Source: an uncultured Gammaproteobacteria bacterium (GTDB lineage Bacteria; Pseudomonadota; Gammaproteobacteria; CAWCPV01). From it: 64,000 nt of DNA. This document shows, piece after piece, positions 56,299 to 64,000 of this stretch. Below the pieces are notes generated by a model. It had not been told where the DNA came from. It saw only the letters and a program-made list of their open reading frames with translations, and did not search any database. Every line of letters starts with the position of its first letter. Position 1 is the first letter of the stretch. Where the stretch lies: the NCBI GenBank assembly GCA_963797555.1, contig CAWCPV010000004.1:320001-384000 (forward strand), read 5' to 3'. The position numbers and the translations under genes were made by a program.

Positions 56299-56643
56299 AT
56301 GGCCGAGGACATGGTGATCTTCTCGCGGACCTTCGACCTGCTGGAGTGGCTGCTGCCCAAAGCGGAGCGCTTCCCGCGGGTCTACCGATCCACCCTCACC
56401 CAGCGATTGATGGATGCGGCCCTGGACCTGCAGGAGACGCTGGCTGCCGCGGAATCGCGCGAGGGCCGATCGCGGGTATCCGCCCTGCGCAATGCCGATG
56501 CCGCCCTCGGGCGGCTGCGCATCTACCTGCGCCTCGCCCACCGCTGGCGCTGGCTGAGCGACGGCCAGTACGAGCACGTGAGCGCCATGACGGCTGAGAT
56601 CGGCCGGCTGCTAGGGGGCTGGGTCCGCTCGGAGCGCGGCTGA
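56299..56643 (+). CDS. avd: DGR accessory variability determinant (four-helix bundle)
   Basis: 114 aa; 'FPRVYR..L.QR', 'LRIYLRLA', 'YEH....EIGRLLGGW'; GGAG RBS. Confidence 0.9.
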   Translation: MAEDMVIFSRTFDLLEWLLPKAERFPRVYRSTLTQRLMDAALDLQETLAAAESREGRSRVSALRNADAALGRLRIYLRLAHRWRWLSDGQYEHVSAMTAEIGRLLGGWVRSERG

Positions 56644-56678
56644 GGGCGGCCGAGAGGCCGAAGCCTGCGGCCGGGGGC

Positions 56679-56719
56679 GGGGCGCCGGGGGAGCGGACTC
56701 CGGCCGGCGCCCCTGTTTT
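56679..56719 (+). terminator. GC hairpin plus T tract after avd
   Basis: GGGGCGCCGG ... CCGGCGCCCC followed by TGTTTT. Confidence 0.45.
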
Positions 56720-56905
56720 GTATGCGCCCGACGGCCCGGCGACGCTAGGCCGTGCGGACGGGACCGACCGGCGCCATCTTTCCTACCTCGCCTCGGCCCG
56801 CAAACCGTCGTCGGCGGGCAATTCCGGAAGCGGGTCCGATCCGCAGCATGGACCTGACCCACTCGCTCGGCGCCCGAAAGCGCCTCGCCCTGGAAGGAAC
56901 CGAAA

Positions 56906-57034
56906 GATGTGGGACGAACACAACACCCGAAACCCCACGTTGTTGTTGCGGTTGTTCGGGTTGTTCCTGTTGCGGTTGCCGGAGCGCGCATTGTCCTGAT
57001 TGTCGTTCCAGGACCCGCCGCGCAGCACACGGGC
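56906..57034 (-). ncRNA. DGR template repeat (TR)
   Basis: Intergenic AAC-rich copy of both VRs; reads [43 protein letters not shown] with 12 AAY codons. Confidence 0.96.
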
Positions 57035-57181
57035 GTCGTCACCGGGCGGCCCCACCGGCCGTCAGACCGGCGTTGCCGATTATGCCGGAGATGGCGGACG
57101 CTAGCCAGACCACCGATGCATCGAACCCGGCCTGCACCACGTGGCAAACCGCGAGATGAGGCGAGTGGAAAATCCGCGTAA

Positions 57182-57220
57182 AGACGGCGCTTCGCGCCGT
57201 CTATGCCGCTCCCGCGGCAT
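57182..57220 (-). other. Tandem perfect hairpins downstream of VR2
   Basis: Minus strand: ATGCCGC-GGGA-GCGGCAT then AGACGGCGC-GAA-GCGCCGTCT. Confidence 0.8.
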
Positions 57221-57227
57221 CCAGTGA

Positions 57228-59960
57228 TCAGTGATCACAGATGGGGGACGAACACAACACCCGAAACCCCACGCCGTTGCCGCGGCCGCCCGGGCTGCCC
57301 CCGAAGCGGTAGCCGGAGCGCGCATAGCCCCGATCGACGACCCAGGACCCGCCGCGCAGCACACGGGCATCGAAATCATCGGCGCGGGACTCGATCACCT
57401 CGGTTCTGTCGTGCTTGTTCCAGCACCATTCCCAGACCGTTCCCGCCATGTCGAGTGCACCTGCCGGGGAGCCGCCAGCGGGGTACATGCCGACCGCGGT
57501 AGCGGCCCCGAGCCGGCTCTCGAAGGTGTTCGCCCGGTGCGGCTCGCCTTTGGGATCCCACTCGGGTCCCCAGGGGAAAACATTATCGGGGTCGCCGCCC
57601 GTGGCCGCCTGCTGCCATTCCCACTCGTCCGGCAGGCGTACGTCGAAGCCGCGGCGCCGCGAAAGCCAGCGGCAGAAAGCGAGGGCGTCGAACCAGCTCA
57701 CGTAGACCGCAGGGTGGTTGCCGTAGCGGCCGAGGTCGTAGCCGTCGCCTTCGGGATCGCGATAAAGGTCTCCTGCCCACCAGCGGGGATCGCGCCAGCC
57801 GTCATCCTTCTCCAGGAAGGCCCGATACTGCGCGACCGTGACGGGGTAGCGGGCGATGTGAAAGCCCTCGACCTGCTTGCCGCGCGCTTTGGTGCCGCCG
57901 AGCAAACGCCGCTGGACCTGAATGGCGACCTCGCCGCCGGGCACTGGGCACCAGTCCATCTGCGGGGTCCCCTGCGCATCGACCCCCACCCCCAGCCGCG
58001 GGTCCCCGAGGACGGCGAGGCGCTCGCCGATGAGGGTGCGGCGGCGGTGGGTCGTGTCGGGCCTGTCGATCTCGGCCAGCATTGCATCGGCATCGACGGG
58101 ACCGAGGAACTCCTCTTCTTCCGGGCTCAGCACGAAGCGCGGGCCGGGCTGCCGCAGCATCGACGCCAGTTCGCGCACGCGCTCGTGCGACCAGAGGTAG
58201 CTCGGTTGCTTCTGGTGCTCGAGCCAGTTGCGCGCGTCCGCCTGAAGCTGCTGGCCCAGCGCCGCCCGCTGCTTATGCTGCTCGACATAGTTCCAGAGCG
58301 TCGGCCAATAGGGCTGGGCCTTGCCCTCGGGGTCCAGGCCCTTGCTGCGGATCAGCGTCTCGTGGATCAGGCTGACCCACCGCCCGTCGCGCTGCGCGTC
58401 CTCGTCCCCCTCGGTCCGCTCGGTCACGGTGATGAGCCGCAGCGGCCCCTGTGTCTGCCCCACGTCCCGGGCGCGCTCGCCGGCGAGACGACTGACCAGG
58501 GCGCGACCGTCATCGCCGCCGCCCGCCGCTGCCATGGCCTCGGGGAACGGGAGACGCCGGCGGGTGTGACGGCGTCCTTCGGGGTCCACGTTCACCAGCC
58601 GGAACAGAAGCTCCAGAGCCCGGTTGCGCTCGCTGCCCAACGCTTGGAGCAGATCGTCGGCGCTGCGGCTGAGGATGCCGGCGAGGCCGCCCTGATCGGT
58701 GAAGAGCTTGCCGCTCAGGCGGGGGCTGTTCTTGCGCTGCTCCCACAGCCAGTGGAGCGCGTTCTCGACCAGCGGCAGCGCCCCCGGCTCGTCGTACGCC
58801 TGTTGCACCATGGCCTCCTGCACCTCGCTCACATCGAGACCGGCCAGCCGCGCCGGGCCGCCGATGACCTCGCGCAGAGCATCCGCAGTAATGGGCGGCA
58901 GCGTCCAGGGCTTACCCAGCCGGTTGCGCAGGCCGACCAGCCGCCGCAGGTCCTCGAAGCGGTCGAGAAAGTCCGCGCGCACGGTGGAGATGATGAACAG
59001 CGGACAATCGTTGTCTCCCAACGCGCCCGCGAGCAGGCGATCGAAGTGCTTGCGCTCGTCCGGGTCGGAGAAGGTGAACAGCTCCTCGAACTGATCGATG
59101 GCGAGCAGAAAGGCGCTGTCGTCCCGCTTGCGGCTGCGTAGCCAGTCGGTGAGGGCGCGGTCACTGGCCTCCAGGCGTTGGCGGACATCGGCCATCTCCT
59201 CCTCGAAGGTCAGCGCGAGCTTCTCGGCCAGCATGGCCACCGGGTGCTCCCCCGGCATCATCGGCCCGATCCGCCGCCAGTGCTCGATGCGGGTGCGGGG
59301 CCACAGCCAACCCTGCTCCACCAGCGGCAGCAGGCCGGCGCTCATCAGCGAGGACTTGCCGGAGCCGCTGTTGCCGTTGATCTCCAGCCAGCGCACGCTC
59401 GGGCTGCCGGGACGGGTGTCGAAGCAGGCGAGCGCGTCCAGGGTCTCCTTCTGGCGGCCGAAGAAGAGCTGGGCCTGATCCATGTTGTAGGCGGCGAGTC
59501 CGACGAAGGGGCGGCCCTCGAACTTGGCAGCGCTTGCCACCAGGGTGCGGTCGCGGATCTGCGCGAGCAGTCGCTCGGGCAGGGGGGCCGCCCCATCCCA
59601 GAGTGTCGCCTGGAACAGCCGCAGGAAGGCCGGGAGCGTGTCGGGTCCCATGTCGCCCAGCAGGATGGGAAAGATCGGCAGGCGCTCGGCGTCGTCGTGG
59701 GGACCGAAATAGCGGTTGAGCGCCGCCTGGGTCTCGGCCCCGATCCAGCGCCGCACCCCGTCCCGGCCCACCAGCACGACGAAGCTTCCGCAGGCATCCA
59801 CCGCCTCCTGCAGGCGGTCGAGCCACAGCTCGCCCGCGCGGATGCGATCGTCGTCCTTGAACACCGACAGCCCGCACCGATCGAGCTGCCCGCGGAGGTT
59901 GATGGCCGCTTCGAGGTCGTTACGGCTGTGGCTCAGGAAGACGTGGTAGGGATCGGTCAT
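57228..59960 (-). CDS. DGR target 2: TIR + STAND (nSTAND1-like) NTPase + FGE-sulfatase/CLec-fold domain, intact 910 aa
   Basis: 'VFLSHSRND...WIGAE'; 'PFVGLAAY...FFGR', 'GNSGSGKSS', 'IDQFEELF', 'PGALPL'; 'YPVTVAQY', 'RLPDEWEW', 'RGGSW...GFRV'. Confidence 0.93.
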   Translation of the reverse strand: MTDPYHVFLSHSRNDLEAAINLRGQLDRCGLSVFKDDDRIRAGELWLDRLQEAVDACGSFVVLVGRDGVRRWIGAETQAALNRYFGPHDDAERLPIFPILLGDMGPDTLPAFLRLFQATLWDGAAPLPERLLAQIRDRTLVASAAKFEGRPFVGLAAYNMDQAQLFFGRQKETLDALACFDTRPGSPSVRWLEINGNSGSGKSSLMSAGLLPLVEQGWLWPRTRIEHWRRIGPMMPGEHPVAMLAEKLALTFEEEMADVRQRLEASDRALTDWLRSRKRDDSAFLLAIDQFEELFTFSDPDERKHFDRLLAGALGDNDCPLFIISTVRADFLDRFEDLRRLVGLRNRLGKPWTLPPITADALREVIGGPARLAGLDVSEVQEAMVQQAYDEPGALPLVENALHWLWEQRKNSPRLSGKLFTDQGGLAGILSRSADDLLQALGSERNRALELLFRLVNVDPEGRRHTRRRLPFPEAMAAAGGGDDGRALVSRLAGERARDVGQTQGPLRLITVTERTEGDEDAQRDGRWVSLIHETLIRSKGLDPEGKAQPYWPTLWNYVEQHKQRAALGQQLQADARNWLEHQKQPSYLWSHERVRELASMLRQPGPRFVLSPEEEEFLGPVDADAMLAEIDRPDTTHRRRTLIGERLAVLGDPRLGVGVDAQGTPQMDWCPVPGGEVAIQVQRRLLGGTKARGKQVEGFHIARYPVTVAQYRAFLEKDDGWRDPRWWAGDLYRDPEGDGYDLGRYGNHPAVYVSWFDALAFCRWLSRRRGFDVRLPDEWEWQQAATGGDPDNVFPWGPEWDPKGEPHRANTFESRLGAATAVGMYPAGGSPAGALDMAGTVWEWCWNKHDRTEVIESRADDFDARVLRGGSWVVDRGYARSGYRFGGSPGGRGNGVGFRVLCSSPICDH
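57240..57368 (-). repeat. DGR variable repeat VR2
   Basis: 129-nt gapless match to TR with 23 mismatches, all at TR adenines. Confidence 0.97.
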
Positions 59961-60024
59961 CAGCAGCGGCCCGGGACCATCGAAATCCGGGCGTTCGGCC
60001 TCGCGAGCTGATAACGCGCTCGCA

Positions 60025-61050
60025 TCATGCCGGAAGCGACACGAGACCGAGCCTTGCTTGCAGGCCCTTGCGGACCAACTGCACGGCGCGGCGCATGTCC
60101 CTTGTCGCGAGCAGCTCGCGGGTCTCCGGCTCATCCAGGCCGGTGCTGAGTGCCGCGGAAAGATTGGGCCTGGCTGTTTCGATGTGCTGGAACAGGGCGT
60201 CCAGCGCATCCCCAGTGGCGCGGACGCCGAGTGGCAACTGGAACTGCGCGCTCAGGTCCAGCAGCTTCTCGAGGCCCGCGGTCCTGGCCTTGTGCCAATC
60301 CACGGTGAATTCCTCGGGACGGGTTGCGGCCGGGCCGAGCAGCGCCCTGGACAGCACTTCCGCGGCGCCGCCGAACCCGCCCAGGATGTAGAGCGGGACT
60401 TGGCGTTCGAGTGCCATCAGCGCTTCCTCGAAGATGCCGGGCAGAAAGCCGCTGAACCCTTGCACCTTGCCGCCGAGTATCACCCGCGCCACGATCGGCG
60501 GCACCGGCTCCGGGCTCGGGAGGTCGGGAATGTCGATGGCCATGCCGTCCATCGCCAGGCGGCGCATGCTGCTCAGAGCGACGGCGGCGTTGAACAGCGC
60601 GCGATCCGAGCCTCCTCTCGCTTCATGGTCCGGAACCGTATCCGCCTGCGAAATGCCCGCGTGCTGCTGGGTGATGCGAACGACCCGGCAGCAGTTGATC
60701 CACTCGGCCTCGATCCGGGGCGTGATGTCGAGGTAGTGCGGCCATGCGGAATGGTTGTAGAGCCGGCCGATCACGAGATTGGTATCCGGACCGCCCAGGC
60801 TGTTGTCCTCCTGCTCCGCGCTGATCAGGCGCAGGAGGTCGAAGGTGAAGTTGTCCTCGGTTTCTTGCCAGTGGCCGCCGTAGGCGAGGCTCACCCCCTG
60901 TCTCAGCAGGGGGCGTGCGAGGCGCAGCAGCAGCTCGCGCAGGTGCTCCAGGCCCAGGCCGCGGGCCAGGAGGTTTTCCCTCGCATAGGAGACGGAGAGG
61001 CCGACGACGCGAGGCGTGCTGGCTCGCGAGCGATACTTGCCGCCGCTCAT
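60025..61050 (-). CDS. SLOG-superfamily (cluster2-like) protein
   Basis: 'VGLSVS', 'LAYGG', 'LSSMR', 'RVILGGK...G.LPGIFEE', 'PLYILGGFGGAA'; ATGA overlap with the upstream TIR gene. Confidence 0.75.
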   Translation of the reverse strand: MSGGKYRSRASTPRVVGLSVSYARENLLARGLGLEHLRELLLRLARPLLRQGVSLAYGGHWQETEDNFTFDLLRLISAEQEDNSLGGPDTNLVIGRLYNHSAWPHYLDITPRIEAEWINCCRVVRITQQHAGISQADTVPDHEARGGSDRALFNAAVALSSMRRLAMDGMAIDIPDLPSPEPVPPIVARVILGGKVQGFSGFLPGIFEEALMALERQVPLYILGGFGGAAEVLSRALLGPAATRPEEFTVDWHKARTAGLEKLLDLSAQFQLPLGVRATGDALDALFQHIETARPNLSAALSTGLDEPETRELLATRDMRRAVQLVRKGLQARLGLVSLPA

Positions 61051-62354
61051 AATGCCACCTGGTCGAAGCTGTGGAAGGCGAGCCGCGGGAAGAATTCGTC
61101 GAGAATATCGAGCTCGAGCCCGGAAAGACCGCGGCCAGGATAGAGCACGCGCAGCTCCTCGCTTGCCGCCCGCACCCTGGGGATATGCAGCAGCGTGGTG
61201 GGGTCGGGCAGCCAGTTGAGAACGATGCAGTCCGCCTCGTCCGGCATCGTTCTTCCGAGAGCCGAGTGGAACGCGGCGAGCAGGACGTCGCGCAGCGCGA
61301 TGGTCACGATCTGCTCCGATTGGTGCAGTTGCGCCGCGGGGTCGACCGGTTCGTCCGACCAGCGGATGAGCGTGGCGTTGCCGATCTCGGGGATGCCCGG
61401 TGTCTGGGATCCCCCTTCGAGCGCTTCGACCACGACCATGGGATTCAAGCGCCACCGCTCGGCGAGGCCGGGCCTCGGGATGTCCTGCAGCGGGCGCCGA
61501 AACAGCGACAGCTCGCGCCGGCACCATGGGCGGGTCGCATAGCGGGCGCTGCGCACGGCGATCATGGCCGCGGTCTGCATGCCCTCGACATTCGACTGCA
61601 GCACCCGGCTGAACGCCGATCCGAAGGGAATGTCGTTTTCATCATAAAACGCGGCGAGCTGGGTCTGACTGTAGATATAGTCGCGAATCCGCCTGGCGGG
61701 CTCCGTGCCATCCGCCTTGGCATGGCTGAGAAAAATCGTGATCTTCGGCTGAGCCGCGTCCACCGCCGCCCCGCCATCGACCGCGTTCCCGGCCGGCGCG
61801 TCCCCCGGCCTCAGCATGATGCGGCACAGGGCCTCGGTGAGCTGCTTCAAGAGCGAGCGGACCACGGTCTCGGTCGCCTCCGGCGGTACTGGAGCACCCG
61901 CGACGGGCAACGGCAGACCTGCGGGGCGGAGGAAATTCAGCTCGCGCAGGGGCGCGGGCACGTTGAATGCCGTCGAATCCAGGGCCACCGGCAGGAACAC
62001 GCGGCGCACGCCAGTGCCGCGCTCCAATGCGAGTCGCACCAGCCAGTGCCGCCAGGCGGCATCCGCGATCATCTGATCGTCGATCAGCAGCAGCACGGTC
62101 TGCATGTTGGCGGAGCCGGAGGCGGGCGCCTGTGGCGGGGGTGGGGAGTTGGGGCCTGGAAACCGCGACTCTCCCGGCAAGGGCGGGGGCAACCCGCCCT
62201 TCGGGGCTTCCGGAGCCGGAAGGCTGCGGTAGAACACCTGCGGGCCGAGGCCATTGCCAGGCCTCAGCCACCCATGAATGCGCGGGGCCAGCAGTTCTCC
62301 GAGCGTACTGGCGGGGTGCCACAACACGAAGATCTCAGGAATCGGATAGTCCAC
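61047..62354 (-). CDS. TIR-domain protein
   Basis: 'IFLSHAKADG', 'FYDENDIPFG', 'YATRPWCRRE'; additional N-terminal alpha/beta domain. Confidence 0.85.
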   Translation of the reverse strand: MDYPIPEIFVLWHPASTLGELLAPRIHGWLRPGNGLGPQVFYRSLPAPEAPKGGLPPPLPGESRFPGPNSPPPPQAPASGSANMQTVLLLIDDQMIADAAWRHWLVRLALERGTGVRRVFLPVALDSTAFNVPAPLRELNFLRPAGLPLPVAGAPVPPEATETVVRSLLKQLTEALCRIMLRPGDAPAGNAVDGGAAVDAAQPKITIFLSHAKADGTEPARRIRDYIYSQTQLAAFYDENDIPFGSAFSRVLQSNVEGMQTAAMIAVRSARYATRPWCRRELSLFRRPLQDIPRPGLAERWRLNPMVVVEALEGGSQTPGIPEIGNATLIRWSDEPVDPAAQLHQSEQIVTIALRDVLLAAFHSALGRTMPDEADCIVLNWLPDPTTLLHIPRVRAASEELRVLYPGRGLSGLELDILDEFFPRLAFHSFDQVAL

Positions 62355-62552
62355 GCGTCCCCCGGGCAGGCTGCAGGCACCTGCGCTGTTGGCAGGATGG
62401 TAGGGGCTATGGCGCGGTCGGACAAGCCGGTGGCGGAGTCAACGAGGCGAGCAGGAGGCCAGTTGCGCTGTGAGGACTGGGGGCGGGTGCGATCTGGAAG
62501 CCGTTGGCTCCAACGCGGGCCCTGCGAACGGGCGGCAGTCCGAGGCACCGCG

Positions 62553-64000
62553 TCAGGTGCCCCTGGATCTCTCCCGCGCACTGCGAAACCAAGAGAGCAG
62601 CCCACGGCCGGCATGCCGCCGGCAAGCTTCAAGCTCGGCCTCGACGGTCTTCTTGTCGTCCGCCCACTGGGCCATCCCGGGCGCCCGCTCCAGCAGGGCG
62701 GCGAAGATACGGTAGGACGCTTCGTAAAGGGGCAAAGCGGCCTCGTTCCTGCCATTGCCGGCCTCCATGCGCGCAAGCCGCAGATAGGCTAACGCCAGGT
62801 CGCGCTGCCAGCCGGCGTTGCTCGGGTCCTGCTCGGCCAGGCGCCGGCTGATGGCGAGGGTTTGCTCGAAGGCCGAGCGCGCTGCCTCGAGCTGCCCTTG
62901 GGCCTGCAGCACGCCGCCCACCCGGCTGTGCGCCACCGCGAGGCCGCGCTGCCAGCCGGCGTTGCTCGGGTCCTGCTCGGCCAGGCGCCGGCTGATGGCG
63001 AGGGTTTGCTCGAAGGCCGAGCGCGCTGCCTCGAGCTGCCCTTGGGCCTGCAGCACGTCGCCCACCCGGCTGTGCGCCACCGCGAGGTCGCGCTGCCAGC
63101 CGGCGTTGCTCGGGTCCTGCTCGGCCAGGCGCCGGCTGATGGCGAGGGCTTGCTCGAAGGCCGAGCGCGCTGCCTCGAATCTGCCCTTGGGCCTGCAGCA
63201 CGCCGCCCACCCGGCTGTGCGCCACCGCGAGGCCGCGCTGCCAGCCGGCGTTGCTCGGGTCCTGCTCGGCCAGGCGCCGGCTGATGGCGAGGGTTTGCTC
63301 GAAGGCCGAGCGCGCTGCCTCGAGCTGCCCTTGGGCCTGCAGCACATCGCCCACCTGGCTGTGCGCCACCGCGAGGTCGCGCTGCCAGCCGGCGTTGCTC
63401 GGGTCCTGCTCGGCCAGGCGCCGGCTGATGGCGAGGGACTGCTCGAAGGCCGAGCGCGCTGCCTCGAGCTGCCCCTGGGCACGGAAAACGTCGCCGAGCA
63501 GACAACGCCCCTCCCCCTGCGCCGGCTCGTCGGTGCTGACACGTGCGAGATTCGAGAATCTCGCGCGCGGCGTCGGCGAGCTGTGCCGTTTCTCCCCGCG
63601 CGTCGCGCGCCCAAGCGATGGTGATCAGGCTCCAGAGGCGTGCCCGCCCATCGACGAGGCGGGTTTCGTCGAGCTCTCTGAGAACCGTCGCCAGGGCGTA
63701 CCGGTCCTCCGGGCGTGCACTGCTACTCCAGTGCCGGTTCAGGCGTTCCAGCTCACTCGCGCCGCGTTCGGGGTCGGCGCATAGCTGGTGGTAAATCCAT
63801 TCGATGCGGCCCGTTGCCCCGAGGTCGTCCGGGAAGCATGCCGCCGCGAGGGCGGACAGGGAACGGAGGTGGGAGAGGTTCTCCAGAGCTAGCGTCCGCC
63901 GCCATCCCAGGCGGGTGGATTCGTGGACGTTGCGCCGGTTCAGCCCGCCTCTGCCGTACCGCTCGACGAAGGGAAAGGACGCCAGCGCCTCGAACCGTCT
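62553..64000 (-). CDS. TPR-repeat protein, 5' end outside the window; apparent indels near 63550 and 63180
   Basis: Frame open from 64000 ('FEALASFPFVERY...NVHESTR...EWIYHQL') leading into 48-aa repeats 'AFEQALAISRRLAEQDPSNAGWQRDLAVAHSRVGDVLQAQGQLE'. Confidence 0.8.
62796..63480. repeat. About 4.7 near-identical 144-bp coding tandem repeats
   Basis: Anchor GCTGCCAGCCGGCGTTG at 62804, 62948, 63092, 63237 and 63381. Confidence 0.93.

Noticed and set aside
55240-56577. RT as group II intron or retron; 445-aa ORF start
   Set aside because: GNLTSQ motif, small size, Avd and TR/VR pairs indicate a DGR. The upstream extension is antisense to avd, so the likely start is 56247.
56783-57055. 90-aa Asn-rich ORF
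   Set aside because: It is the template repeat read in the VR frame; AAC codons explain the Asn runs.

Overview
High-GC bacterial window, probably Gammaproteobacteria judging by the ubiE-ubiJ-ubiB, hslVU and glnA-ntrBC gene order. 1-9.8 kb is an accessory block: an XPB-helicase gene cluster, an odd CCCTAACCTAA array and a truncated IS4 next to a DUF4338 gene. About 9.9-31.7 kb is intact housekeeping sequence (ctpA, ubiBJE, hslUV, ntrCB, glnA, tusA, smr, yciK, hpnC, MoxR-vWA). 32-51 kb holds oxidative-stress genes (oxyR-katA-ferritin), an IS630, sufT and a FecR/OmpA/CHASE2-PP2C/STAS signalling cluster. The main result is at 52.2-64 kb: a complete diversity-generating retroelement (RT, Avd, template repeat) with two target genes, each TIR + STAND NTPase + FGE-sulfatase/C-type-lectin-fold. 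Their variable repeats differ from the template almost only at adenines (18 of 19 and 23 of 23 mismatches, hand-aligned). Target 2 is the last gene of an apparent operon with a tandem-repeat TPR protein and a translationally coupled TIR + SLOG pair. This suggests a hypermutated NLR-like sensor linked to a nucleotide-signalling conflict module. Many accessory genes carry single-base frameshifts that may be sequencing errors. All family calls come from motif recognition; no searches were run.
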